The notes beneath the pieces are model-generated. The model ran no database searches. It saw only the letters and a program-made list of their open reading frames with translations, and had not been told where the DNA came from. A stretch of DNA of 63,844 bases, counting the filler, from Octopus bimaculoides (taxonomy: Eukaryota): the NCBI RefSeq assembly GCF_001194135.2. It is 8 parts of 7 records of this genome, joined end to end, with 100 filler letters (N's around TTAATTAATTAA, not from the genome) between each part and the next. Parts side by side here need not be neighbours in the genome. Positions count along the whole stretch, not along the records: positions 31,377 to 42,004 come from NC_068985.1; positions 42,105 to 47,459 come from NC_068984.1; positions 47,560 to 51,489 come from NC_068983.1; 5 more parts are not named here. One strand, given 5' to 3'. Below, one piece after another: positions 35,215-48,419 of this stretch (position 1 is the first letter of the stretch; each line of letters opens with the position of its first letter). The position numbers and the translations under genes were made by a program.

Positions 35215-36502
35215 AGTCGGCGAACTGGTAGAATCGTTAGCACGCCGAACAAAATGCTTAGTGGCATTTCGTCCGTCTTTACATTCCGATTTCTAATTCC
35301 GCCGAAGTCGACTTTGCCCTTTCATCCTTACGGGGTCGATAAAATAAGTACCAATTGAATACTGGGGTCGATGTAATCGACTTTCCCCCTCCCCTGATAT
35401 TGCTGGCCTTGTATCAAAATTCGAAACCATTATCAAGGAAAAAGGCGATGAGGTGGCAGAATCGTTTGCACACCGAACAAAATGCTTAGCGGCATTTCGT
35501 CCGGCTTTACATTCCGAGTTCAAATTCTGCCGAGGTCAACTTTACCTTTCATTCTTTTGGGATCGATAAAATGAGTATCAGTCGAGCACGTGTGAGGATG
35601 TAATCGAGTAGCTCCCTCCCTGCAAAATTTCGGGTCTTGTCCCTAAAGTAGATAAGATTATCAAGAGAAATAATATTCACACTTGTAGTAAGATGGTATT
35701 TATGAGATTATATTCTGACATAACATCTGAGAGGAGGTTGTTAGGAGTATGATGTCTTGAGATATACCTTGACGAAATGTTGTTGGTTTATTTCAGGAAA
35801 TATCTCAGCGAACAAGTTTTTAATGTATGAAGTGAGGCTGAACTGTCAAAGTACCGTTGCAAGACATTGTAGAGGCCCTCATTTTGGAAAGATTTGCAAG
35901 TTGGAAAAAAAAAGCTCTGATGTAATGTTCTAGAATAAAACGAAAAGAAGAAATGGATATCAATCTTTATAGCGTTCAGTTCTGATTTATGGCCATTCAA
36001 GATAATCTGGACATTTTAGTCCTATTTAAGAAATCATCAAGTGTTATTTAGATACTTCTAAGTTTAAGGCGGCGAGCTGGCAGAATTGTTATCACGCTGG
36101 ACGAAATGCTTAGCGGTATTTCACCCGTCGCTAGGTTCCGAGTTCAAATTCCGCCGAGGTCGACTTTGCCTTTCGTTCTTTCGGAGTCGATGAAATAAGT
36201 GCTAGTGAAAGACTGGGGTCGATGTGATCGACTAGTCCCCCTCTCCGCAAATTTCAGGTCTTGTGCCTTTAGTATAAAGGATTATTACAACCCAGTTTAA
36301 GGCGGCGAGCTGGTAGAATCATTAGCATACCGGGTGAAATGCTTAGCGGTATTTCGTCTATCTTTACGTTCTGAGTTCAAATTCCGCCGAGGTCGACTTT
36401 GCCTTTAATCCCTTTGGGGTTTATAAAATAAGTATCGGTCAAGCACTGGGAACTATCCCACTCTCCCGAAATTGCTGGCTTTGAGTCAACATTTGAAACC
36501 AT
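35215..36502 (+). mobile_element. Four same-strand SINE family C copies (35215-35430, 35442-35660, 36065-36282, 36297-36502)
   Basis: Repeated head GGCGAGCTGG(C/T)AGAAT and shared core. Confidence 0.9.
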
Positions 36503-37209
36503 TATTACTTCTAAGTTGAATTTTCTAGCGGTTATGTAAATCGATAACGTAGATGAAATCTATTTAATTTTTAATTAAAAGTCACTTTCTTTGTGGTCAG
36601 TAGTCACGTATATCTTCTTGGACTATACCTGCATAGTAACATTATTTTATGAAATGTAAAGATTTTGAGAGAAAAACCATCAGAAGTCCATGTATTTATT
36701 TATCTCATTTACCTTCGCTGGACAAATGGAGGAAACTACATTGAAGCACAGCTTTCTCAAAGATCATAAATATTTCTTTTTGTTGGTTCAGCTGCTTATT
36801 TACTAATAATGGTACAACTATTTCGTAGTTAATCTGATTTATTATTATTCACAAAGATTCCATCAGCTATTATTTATATCGTTTGTCAGAAATTCTCTTC
36901 TAACGAGTTCGAGGTAATTCCAATTTCTACATTTTATTTCACTGAATCATTCTTGAAAGATTAACAATCAACTTTTCATATTTTATTGACGCTTATTGCA
37001 ATCTCTTCATTGTTCTTAGCATCCTGCATATTTGTGGAATGCATTATCTTCAATTTCAGAGTCACTGACTTGTACGCTGCAGTGGCAACAGACGTCTGTA
37101 AACAAGCTGCATACGAATTCAGTTGCACTGTAAGCTCCACTGTAATAATATTTGGTAAATGTCTTGAATTTATATCAGAACATATTTTGATATCTCTATT
37201 TTTCAGTTA

Positions 37210-37224
37210 TCAGTAGAGGGCGTC
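37210..37224 (+). promoter_or_regulatory. CTCF-like motif (TCAGTAGAGGGCGTC)
   Basis: Close match to the CCAG(C/T)AG(A/G)GGGCGC consensus; motif match only. Confidence 0.25.
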
Positions 37225-37963
37225 GACCGGAGGTGGTATTTGCATTTCTTTATTAAAAAAAAAAATTTTCTTAGTCACATGCTATAAATTATTGGCGTTG
37301 CACAATTCTCTCCTCGTATATCTGTTGTTCGCCCACTTCCTTTCTCTTCTATCTCTATAAAAAGGTCGATCGACACAGGTTTAATGGGGAGGATGTAATT
37401 TCTCTAGCTTTGTGTTAATAACCTTTAAGGATATTTCGGTCGAGTTCAAAATATATGTTAAACTACTATCTGGTAGTTGGATTTAATTCCTAAAGCAAAT
37501 GGAGTCGATTTGTGTAAGTCGTGATAGTGTTTCGTGGGAAATCAACTTTCACTGTTTATATTACGGGTTAGTTATACATTAACAATCTTTCTTAGACAAA
37601 TTAAAACGCTGTAACCCTTAATATATTTTTTCATAATTAACGGAGTTGACTGAAAGAAGAAGCAAAGAAAAAAAACGAAGTTGCCAAGCAATTTTTTATC
37701 TTTTATATCTCAAATATTTGCTTACATACGAATTACAATTTCTTGCTTGTTCGATCAGAGAATAATACTAGATAACAAATTGAAATTAATACAATTTAAT
37801 ACAACTTATGATGATAATGCAGTTTAGGATAATTAATAGAACGGTTCCGTTAATAATTAGCTTTGAATTGAATTCATAGTTTCAGTGGTCAACAGTGAGT
37901 CCTGTGCGTGGTATTGGCATGTCCTGGTCATCAAAAAAGTTTCTTGGCAACCATTAGACATAC

Positions 37964-38010
37964 AGTAATCCCTCGCCATATCGTGGTTCACCTGTCGTGG
38001 TTTATTATTT
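37964..38010 (+). mobile_element. Single pogo/Tigger-like TIR
   Basis: TA|CAGTAATCCCTCGCCATATCGTGGTTCAC; partner end not found. Confidence 0.4.
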
Positions 38011-38058
38011 AAGCTTATGTCGATTCCTCCCTGGTGATGTTTTGCGTTTATGATAAAA

Positions 38059-41000
38059 CTAGCAGATGTGCCCGGCATTACCGGGATGTTAGCAGCATAG
38101 TTAGAATTGATCTATGTATACAGTTATAATACGTAAAGATTTCTGAAAATAAAAGAAAAGGAAAGGTTTTTTTTTTGCTAAAGTAAAACGTTAAACTTAT
38201 TGCACACATTGTATGGCAACATGTCTAGAATTTGACCATGAAATGAGAGCAAAGGTACTAATGTAATAAAGTAAGCGCACAAAAAACAAACAAACAGAAA
38301 ATTCACGGTGTAATCAAAATCATTTCGGTTGTAGGTCCTTGTTAAAGCAGTCTTGTTCACCACGCAAAACAAAACATAAATACAGAAAATTAGATACTTG
38401 CGTTATGCTTATGCCGAATCCTGCAGTGTGCAGCATTAATAAAAAAAAAGACCGGGAGTTCAGTTTACAGAATCTCGTGGTAGACAATATTCTTAGTTGC
38501 ACCTCGAGGAACGAATGCGAACAGATTGTCTTTCCTCCCAACTCTGGAGCAGGCAACGCACAACTGCCCGTGTGAGAAACACGGCTGTTCCAGGTGAATT
38601 CCCGCTACGGACAAAGTATGACCTTGCGATTTATTGATCGACATTCCAAAACTGATGCGAATAGGGAACGGGAGCCTTCTGAATGAGAAGAGGGTACCTG
38701 ATGTGGACGGAGTAAGTGGAATCCGTGGAATGAAGACGTCCTCTCCTTTACCACATCCAGAGAGAATTGTTGCCCCAATGACATGCACCATCATCTTTTT
38801 TTACCACCAGGCGTATTCCATTACAGTCTGGGTGGTTCTAAGTTTTGCAGTAGCATAACTGGATGGCCCACTTTGAGACTTCTTTGGCGAGGAGGTAATC
38901 CAGGGAGTTCTAAAGAATTTAGGAATTCAGTGGTATAATGGACAACTTCTTCAGGACTTTGAATTGTGTCCATACTTATAAGTGTGAACGCGCTCAAGAA
39001 GACACTGCAAAAGGTGCTCATTGATTCTATTTGCAGTGCTATTCCTAGGAGCAAGTATTGCTCTTTCACATAACCAATCATGGTTTTTGTAGTCTTCCTG
39101 CAGATTAGGAAACACTGCCGTTGTCAGGTCACCAGCAGTGTTGACAATGTTGCAAACCCGATCGACTTCCATTCCTCCATTGGAATCCAGAGGCACCTCG
39201 CCATCCCCAGTTTTCAGAATGCCCGAAGAAAATGAAGCAGACATATGGTCTCCATACAGTTGAGCCCGCATGTTGGTATGAAGTTTCAGAATTTTGACAT
39301 GTCACCATAATGGTGAAGAATTTAGGCACACTCGCGTTACATCTGTCCTTTCCTTTAGGAATAACAGGAAGAGTTTGTTTGAAATCACCGGATAATAAGA
39401 AAGTTACACCTCCCATTGGATCCTCACAGTCTCTTATATCTTGTAAGGTCTTCTTAGGTGCTTCCATAGCTCCTTTGTGCGCCGCAGTACATTCGTCCCA
39501 TACAATTAGCTGGCACCTTTTAAGCACTTTTGCCTTTGCAGAGCTTTTGCTGATATTGCACGTAGGTGTTTCAGATGTTGTCAAATCCAGAAGAAGCTTG
39601 AAGGTAGAGTGTGGTGTCCTGCCACCGGGTAGGAGAGTTACCGCAATCCCAGATGAGGCCACTGCAAACGCGATCCCCTTGTGCTGCATTACTTTAGCAC
39701 GAAGAAGTTTCTTCACGAATGTTTTCCCTGTCCCTCCAGGTGTGTCCAGGAAGAAGATGCCACATTGTCGGGGGTGAATGTTGTCAACGATGGTGTTATA
39801 AGGCTTGTTGCTGGTCTGGAAGTAATTTCGGTTTCAACAGCGTAGCTAGTAAGAGCATCAGCGTCGTAGGATATTTCCTTTATGATATCTTTGGGAAGGA
39901 CATTGGACTCTGTGCGGGCGACTTACGGTAGACCATACGTTGGTAGTGTATTTCCAGCCGTTGAAATAACCTTGTCTTCAATGTCAATGAAGACTGTATT
40001 GCAGAATTCATCACTGAAGTCTACTTCCATGTTAGGAAAAGGGCAGTTGGACTTGATATTTAAATCCTCAGACATGTCATCCCGATATTTGAGCCACAAA
40101 GCGGCGGGATAACAAAGTTCAAATGTAGGCAACAATACAGCAAAAAGTGTGCTCATACTCCTTGGTGATTGCGAGGTGGCGCAACCTTGCAGTAATCTAT
40201 GTTTATTGCAGGCTTCCCTATATGTAGCCGAAACATGCCCGTCAACAGTTTTTAGGTCAACGAAACTCGTTGGTCCTCTGACCTGATGCAAAAGGAGACG
40301 GAGGTAGAAACACTCTTGCTGGCTTGGGTGCACTGTGTACACTCGACCTAGACAACTGTCAAATCTTATGCCTGGCTGTTCACCAACAGGTTAACCTGGC
40401 TTTCTTCGTGTCCATTTCTTTATTTGTTTGTTCCATGTGTAGTAGGATGGTTCCGAATGAAATTGAGTTTCGCTTTCCTACTTGTTCATGATAGTTACCA
40501 ATAAAGTAAAGTTGAAGAAACTGAGGTTCCTCATCCGTAGAAGGTTGGAGTGGTCCAATCCTATGGTAAACCTGTCCCTGTACTTTAAAAGTAGGCATAA
40601 AAACCACCATCACTGACAATGTTTGCCCCGAAAGATGTCATTTGGAACGCACAATTGTACTTTCTGATGTTGTTGAGGTAATGTTTTGAATCTGATAATA
40701 AACCTAATATAAGAAGCTTCAACAGTTGAGGTGGATTCTCGAGGATGGGTAATTTAACCTTTCCATTAGAGCAACACATTCCAGGATTTTCTTCTGACCA
40801 CTTTTTGGCGGAGCAGTGTTGGCGAATGACGGACATACTACCAATTAGTATGTCAGGTAGAACAGTATAGTTACAATTTGGATCATAGTTGAACGCCTTA
40901 TACGACTATCGTGAAGAACATACCTTTGAAATAACCTGCCTAGTAGCTCTACGAATTACATTACTCTCAAGCCAGTCATCTCGATCAGTTGGTGTTTCTG

Positions 41001-42004
41001 CAGCTTTAGCAGCAGCAGTATTTCTGTTCCGACGTACTCTGCGTTGTCCGTCAGTCTCTGTTGCTCGAGCAGCAGCAGCAGCAGCAGCAGTAGTAGTCGC
41101 TGCAGCATTTCTCTTTCGATGTATCAAACGTTGTTCATTGGTAGCTATTGTTCTTGCAATAGCTCTTCTGAAAGCATTTTGGGTTAACCTACTATTAGTT
41201 TCGTCTGGCGTTTCATTAGCTCGCCTTTTTTTTTTTCCAATTTCAAAATTCGCGCAGTGTTGCACCCGATTGAAAATCGAGATCGTCTAGGCATGGTTAT
41301 TGGATATCTTTGAATCGATAAAAAAAAACAAAAAAAAAAAAACATACACAATTGGTGACAAATAGATTTTTACGCCTTATGTATTCCAGCATTACATAAG
41401 AACCGAACATGGCTAATGGAGCATGTAGTATATTGGGTTGTTTAAGTATATTCTTTTAACAATAATTACGAAGGATGTTAAAGGTAAAAGGATATGCAGT
41501 GAAATGATGGTTTAAATGAGAGGCAAGCTTGTCTATAAATACTATTTATAGGCCCCAAAAAGTTTATAATGACTTCCCAAATAATGTTTTGGCAAAAAAC
41601 TGAAATGAAAGGTAAAATAGGATAAGATGTGTAGGTTTGGGCTATTTAAGTATGGTTGTAAGCCTGGCTACTGATGCCGGAATTTATTGGTAGAAGTTAA
41701 AGGCCGATTAAAAAAATAGAATGCAATATCAAATGCTTACTAAGAAGGTGCGATTTCTGCAACTGAGCTTCTGGTTTTGTTGACTCGTATTGCGTGTATA
41801 CGTTCAGGAACTGATAAGTATTGATTTTCTTAACACAACTTGCATGTGAAAAAAATCGATAGTGCATGCGAATTTGATTAAACGTTGAAAAATGCACGTG
41901 TGATTTAACTGCAGTGATAAAACTCTGTATCCAGTTAAATAAGATGAAATTTCGCGAGCTGTCTTTAAAGTAGCATTATTAATTATGTTTAACACCGTGT
42001 AGTT
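38059..42004 (-). mobile_element. Helitron, degraded and internally deleted (N-terminal Zn region, end of Rep, Pif1 helicase)
   Basis: 3' end: hairpin CCCGG-TAATG-CCGGG, then CTAG|T. Fragments C.HCSAKKW...MCCSNGKV, FQMTSFG, QGQVYHRIG, YTVHPSQQECFYLRLLL, LDTPGGTGK, VASSGIA..LLPGGRT.HSTF, LIVWDE, GDFKQTLPV, INKSQG and FSHGQL.VACSRV. The 5' end is probably in the gap. Confidence 0.92.
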
Positions 42005-42104
42005 NNNNNNNNNNNNNNNNNNNNNNNNNNNNNNNNNNNNNNNNNNNNTTAATTAATTAANNNNNNNNNNNNNNNNNNNNNNNNNNNNNNNNNNNNNNNN
42101 NNNN

Positions 42105-42410
42105 AGGGTTTGCAAATCCAATGGGGGTCTTAAAAGACATGTTAGGATCCACAATGAGCAGAACTTACTTGCAGGTATTGGTAGTGCAAATCAGAGGTGC
42201 AATCTGTGAGGGTGTTTTTTTCAAAACACTGTCTGGTTTAAAAAGCCACATCAGACGCCATGAAAGGGTTAAGGTGTAGGTGCAGGAGGTGGTCAAACTC
42301 TGTTTAAGGAGTAGACAACCACCATGTATGCATGCATGCATGAATGTATGTATGTATGTATGTATGTATGTATGTATGTATGTATGTATGTATGTATGTA
42401 TGTATGTATA
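42105..42410 (+). mobile_element. LINE 3' end (RTE/BovB-like) with C2H2-type fingers and (TATG)n tail
   Basis: RVCKSNGGLKRHVRIH and FKTLSGLKSHIRRH followed by a tandem tetranucleotide tail. Confidence 0.6.
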
Positions 42411-42420
42411 TAAATATATA

Positions 42421-42533
42421 CCTACGAAGGTTACAAGCCAAGACCAGGCTGGAAGAGGACTCAATGAGCAACTTCCTGTTCGCGCACTCAACGCCGCTAC
42501 AGATGCCCAGATATAGCAGAACATGAACGGCTT
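42421..42533 (+). repeat. 113-bp copy of 45478-45590 (RTE RT fragment)
   Basis: About 8 substitutions over 113 bp; both copies have the same deletion in the RT active site. Confidence 0.85.
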
Positions 42534-42678
42534 CTTTCAGTTTCCGCCTACCAAATCCACCCACAAGGCTTGGTCAGCCTGAAGTTATAGAAGACACTTG
42601 CCCAAGGTGCCATGCAATGGAACTGAACCTGGAACCATGTAGATGGGAAGCCAGCTTCTTACCACACAGTCACACCTG
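42528..42678 (-). mobile_element. 5' half of SINE family B
   Basis: CTTCTTTCAGTTTCCGCCTACCAAATCC...CTTACCACACAG. Confidence 0.8.
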
Positions 42679-43199
42679 TAGATAGTTCTGTAAATATATT
42701 TTTAAATGGGAAACGACTTTAGAAAAAGCAACACGTGAAAGAAAGGTTGTCAGCTCCCGACATCACGAAGGAGACATAAACCACCACCACCACCACCACC
42801 ACCACCACCGAAATCAGCACTATCTCCGCCACCACCACCACCAGAACCAAGAACAGCAACGACAACAATGATGACAACAAAAACAACAATGCCAAAAACT
42901 TCAATGACAACAGCATCAAGAGAAGCTATAAGTTGAAGACCTCAGTTTAGCCTCGTTACTAGATTATATGAGTGGCAGTAGGTGGTCGTTAAACTTTGCT
43001 TGAAATAGCAGCCAAATGGTACTTTCGGTAACAGTGTTCACGCTACACTATGCTTGAAAATAGCAGTCGAGATGTCCATGGCTGGATTGTCTGCAAGACA
43101 AGAGTCGATTTAAAACTACAAACTAAGTAAAACCTGTAAGCGGTCACACAATCTGCAAGACATAGCAGTCAAAGCACACGATACTCGCTTAAAAGAACC

Positions 43200-43369
43200 A
43201 TAAAATACAGGCAACGTTAGACGGTGTACTCCTCGATACACTATGTAAGACAATGACAGATGGGGTGGTCATATCTGGAAAAACTATGACGATAAGTTGG
43301 CTGGGTGTGGATGAATTTAGAATTTCACAACGGCAACTACAAGAAGAAAAATTCCAACAACAACAACGT

Positions 43370-43426
<57 letters not shown>

Positions 43427-43585
43427 ACACCGCTGCTGCTGCTGCTACAATTATTGCAGCTGTCAATGTTATTATCACTGGTGTCGTTATTGCTTGCATC
43501 GTAAACACACACATACACTCATACACATACACGCACAAAATGATGCACACACATACATATACTCACTCGCGCGCGCGCACACACG

Positions 43586-43628
<43 letters not shown>

Positions 43629-43821
43629 TGGCGTACACACAGACACACGAAAATACATAGGCGCACGCATGCGAGCGCATGCACAAACACACACAGGCGC
43701 ACACCATGCGCGTGCGATGAGTCACTCGGCAAATGAATGAAGTGCGGCAAGCTGTATACATACATACATTCATACATATGAATACATTATATATATATAT
43801 GTATATATACACATTATATAC

Positions 43822-43861
<40 letters not shown>

Positions 43862-43979
43862 ATATATGCATGCTTGTATACATATATGTGTGTGCATATA
43901 TGTATAATATACAAAATAAACATACAAGGCGTCATACACACACATGCCACATGAACACACTTGCACGCACACACGTGCG

Positions 43980-44016
<37 letters not shown>

Positions 44017-44114
44017 GTATGCACACATACACATATTTCCATCACACTTGACATATGTTCTGACGATGGAATTCTGTTCATTCATCTGTTGCATGTGTGA
44101 CTGTGTTGGGGGAG

Positions 44115-44169
<55 letters not shown>

Positions 44170-44411
44170 AGAGCGAGAGAGAAAGAAGGAGGGAGGGAGA
44201 GTGTATGTGAAATACGAAATGGTAGCAGTGAGAGAAGCAGTGGGAGAGAAGGTGTTTATTCATATAATGCCACGCGTTGGAATAAATTTACCTTGTGAAC
44301 AACCATGATTGTAGGTTAGTTATGATAAGCAGGGGAGGTGGAACGAATGATGAGAGTGGGACAGGGAGAGGAGACAATGATGAAGGTGAGAAGAAGAAGA
44401 AGAAGAAGAAG

Positions 44412-44442
<31 letters not shown>

Positions 44443-44450
44443 GAATGTAG
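43200..44450. repeat. Dense microsatellite field: (CTA)n, (CA)n, (TG)n, (GAAA)n, (GAA)n
   Basis: Directly visible. Confidence 0.9.
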
Positions 44451-44539
44451 ATAATGTAGTAGTCTAGTAATTTTTTGAGAAGGATCCGAGAAGGTGTCGG
44501 TCGATCTTTATGGAGTGTTTATCATGATATGCCAGATAG

Positions 44540-45838
44540 ATGTGGTTGCATGATATCCTGAACGCCATCTACGGACCATGAACTTCCGGAACATCACCAT
44601 TACTCAGTGCTGACAGGACCGCTCTCCTCACTGAGAAAAGCGCAATCCTGGACAGGTGCGCAGAGCATTTCAAAAACGTCATGAACGGGTCCTCCTCTAT
44701 CAACGCTCGTATGCTCCAAGTTGATATCAACGCTTCTCTGGCTGAGCCTCCAATGGAAGCAGAGGTCCAGAAAGCAAAGTAAGTTTATCTCAAATGGCAA
44801 GACACTAGGCTCTGACTCCATCCCAGCTGGAATATACAAAGCATGGGGACCTGTTCTTGGTACGGAAGCTCGTTGCTCTCTCTCAGAGCAAGTGGCAACA
44901 AGATGCTGCTTCTCTCGAAATCAAGGATGCTTCTATTATTTATCTCTACACGAGAAAGGAAAGCAGACAGTCCTGTGACAATTATCGAGGATTTTTTCTC
45001 CTTGCCATCACTGGCAAGATACTCGAAAGAGTCCTCATTAACCGCCCCACTCAAGAAGACGAGCTTCTGCCAGAATGACAGTGTGACTTCAGAGAGAGTC
45101 CATATGATCTTTGCGGCACACCAACTTCAGGGAAAGTTGCCAGGAACAGATCAGAGACCTATATACGGTACTTGCAGACCTAACCAAGACATTTGACATC
45201 GTCAGTCGTGAAGGGCTTTAGAAGATCATGGGAAAGCTCGGCTTTCCGGACGAATTCATCAGCATGGTGTGACAGTTCCACAACTGCATGCTCGCTCGAG
45301 TACTGGACAGTGGACACTCTTCTGGTGCATTCCCAGTTACTAAACGAAATTAAGTGGGGCTGTGTACTCTCATCTACGTTGTTCAGCATGATGTCCTCAA
45401 CCATGTTGTCGAATGTCTTCTGCAACGACGGAGAAACCAGTATTAAATCAGATTCAGGATGATGGCAGCCTCTTCAACCTGCGAAGGTTACAAGCCAAGA
45501 CCAAGCTGGAAGAGGACTCAATGTGCAACTTCCTGTTCGTGCACTCAACGCTGCCACAGATGACCAGATACAGCAGAACATGAACGGCTTCCCCACTGCC
45601 TGCAACAGTTTTGGCCTCGAAATCAGTGCTCAGAAGATAAAGGTCTTGTACACACCTATCCTGCAGAAGCTGTATGTGGCTCCAGCTATCAGTATCGAAA
45701 GAGAAACGCTAAAAGTTGTTGGTAAGTTCACGTACTTCAGCAGCACACTCTCCAGATTTGTGAACATTTTCGACGAGGTCGACATATGCATTGCCGAGGG
45801 AAGCTCAGCATTCGGGCCGCTACGTGGATCAGTGTAGG
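44540..45838 (+). mobile_element. Degraded BovB-like RTE LINE, RT region
   Basis: LLSADRTALLTEK..ILDRCAEHF, NYRG..LLAITGKIL, DLTK.FD, GCVLSSTLF, FNLRRLQAKTK and F.YF.STLS, with frameshifts. Confidence 0.8.
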
Positions 45839-46502
45839 AGATGAAATAATTGAACGTCTATCATCAGGACTGGTTTGGTAGCTGAATAACAGACATCGTT
45901 GGACGATGCACACAACAGATTATAAATGAACTTAGAGAAGTCAATTTTGAGGCAACATAATTTACTCCAGCAGGAGTCACAACTTTAACAGATTTCCATT
46001 CTTGAAACACCACCTGATGCTGGTGAAATTTCTCTCCTGATTCATCAAGACAAACCAGCTATGTGTGTGTGCGTGTGTGTTTGTTTGTGTGTGTGTGTGT
46101 ATAACTACTTGGACTTTGTGTATATGTCTATTAGTATGCCTATTAAGGCGTACTCACCTTCAGGGCTACCTAATGTCATGCACAGTTACGATATAATTTT
46201 CACTGTATCCACGTCAGGAAATCCGCAGTGCTTGTTGAGTTTATAGTTGATGAAGGAAACGGAAAGTAGATTTAGTACGAATCTTTATTCAACACGACGA
46301 TCGTTTCGATCTATCCTGCATATCTCTGTCCTATACGGGTAGGATATTGTGCATCTTGTGTTGCATCAATCACTGCAGGGTGTGTCACTTCAGGTGTGTG
46401 GTGTAAGGAAGCATATCCCACTAGATATACTGAGATCCTCTTGGCATGTTGTTTTTGGTTAGTTATACATTGGTACATTGACAGAACGTGGGATAAATTT
46501 TG

Positions 46503-46697
46503 GGGTTGACTGCGGCCATGCTGGAGCACCGTCTTAAAGAGTTTTAGTCAAACAAATCGACCTCAGTATTTATTCTTTGTAAGCCTATTACCTATTCTAT
46601 AGGTCTTTCTTGCCGAATCGCTAAGTCACGGGGACGTAAACACACCAGCATGGGTTGTCAAGCGATGGCGTAGGTACAAACACAGATACAAACAGAA

Positions 46698-46771
<74 letters not shown>

Positions 46772-46937
46772 ATATATACGATGGGTTTCTTTCAGTTTCC
46801 GTCTATCAAAGACACTAATAAGGCTTTGGTCGATCCGAAGCTATAGTAGAAGACATTTGCCCAAGGTGCCATACAGTGGGACTGAACCTGGAACCATGTG
46901 GTTGGGAGGTAAGCTTCTTACCTCACTGCTACACCTG
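46503..46937 (-). mobile_element. SINE family B, near full length
   Basis: Head, CORE-like segment, internal (CA)n(TA)n and tail. Confidence 0.88.
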
Positions 46938-46982
46938 CATCTATCCACACAGTCACGCGGACGGAAATCAAAAGGCGTTATT

Positions 46983-47320
46983 GATGCATCACAGCCTATG
47001 CATCTGCATCTCACACTTTCATTAGTTATGAATTTTTCATATTCATGAGACATGATTTAAGGTTATTCTTAACACCTTTGAATCCGAAGTCTTTGATCTC
47101 CATTACTGTGTGGATGCTTCCTCGGGTGCTACGTTTACGTCAGTGCGCAAGACCGGCAGAAAGATGAATGTGGAACCTGAGGGAGCATCCACATTTTAAT
47201 GTAGAGAAAAAACTTCAGATTCAAAGATGTTAAAAATAATCTTAAATCATATTTCATGAATATGAAAAAATTCATAACTCATGAATGTGTGAGATGCAGA
47301 AACATGCTATGATGCATATC
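46983..47320. mobile_element. Foldback/MITE-like long imperfect palindrome
   Basis: Arms 46983-47127 and 47175-47320 are reverse complements with scattered mismatches; loop about 47 nt. Confidence 0.8.
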
Positions 47321-47337
47321 ACAACATATGTTTCTGC

Positions 47338-47392
<55 letters not shown>

Positions 47393-47399
47393 CCTTTGC

Positions 47400-47459
<60 letters not shown>

Positions 47460-47559
47460 NNNNNNNNNNNNNNNNNNNNNNNNNNNNNNNNNNNNNNNNN
47501 NNNTTAATTAATTAANNNNNNNNNNNNNNNNNNNNNNNNNNNNNNNNNNNNNNNNNNNN

Positions 47560-47630
<71 letters not shown>

Positions 47631-47694
47631 TGTGTGTGAGAGTATGTGTTGTGAGGGTTTTGCAGGTAAACAAGTTTAACATAATTCCTTTCTG

Positions 47695-48320
47695 CTATAG
47701 GCACAAAGACAGCAATTCGGCGGCAAGGATAAGTCGATCGCATCGATCTCATTGCTCAACTGGTACTTGTTTATCGACTCCTAAGGTTGAAAGGCAAAGT
47801 CGACCTCGGCGGAATTTCAGCTCAGAGCGTGCAAAGTATTTCGCCCGGTGTGCTAACGATTCTTATTTCTTTGTTGCCCACAAAGGGCTAAACATAGAGG
47901 GGACAAACAAGGACAGACAAACAAGGACAGACAAAGGCATTAAGTCGTTTACATCGACCCCAATGCGTAATTGGTACTTAATTTATCGACCCCGAAAGGA
48001 TGAAAGGCTAAGTCGACCTTGGCGGAATTTGAACTCAGAACGTAGCGGCAGACGAAATACTGTTAAGCATTTCGCCCGGCGTGCTAACGATTCTGCCAGC
48101 TTGCTGTCTTAGCAATAACAACAAAAACAACAACAAACAACAACAACAAACAACAACAACAATAATAATAATAATAATAATCCTTTCGACTATAGACACG
48201 AGATCTATAGTAGAAATTCTCTCCTTTCGGGAGGGAGCTAGTCGATTAGATCGACCCTATTACGCAACAGGTACTTAATTTATCGACGCCGAAAAGATGA
48301 AAAGCAAAGTGGAATTTAGA
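47695..48320 (-). mobile_element. Three SINE family C copies (47695-47850, 47860-48100, 48180-48320)
   Basis: Repeated GATGAAAGGC.AAGTCGACC..GGCGGAATT core. Confidence 0.8.
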
Positions 48321-48419
48321 CAGTACAAGACAAAACAAAGACTGTGTGCATGTATGTGTGTGAGTATTATTGTTAGGGTTTTGCGTGTAAACAAGATTAA
48401 CAATTTTTTTTAAAAATCT

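Noticed and set aside
36700-37200. Possible degraded transposase on the minus strand (Cys-rich FVCSLFTDVCCHC)
   Set aside because: Many stops and no diagnostic motif I could assign.
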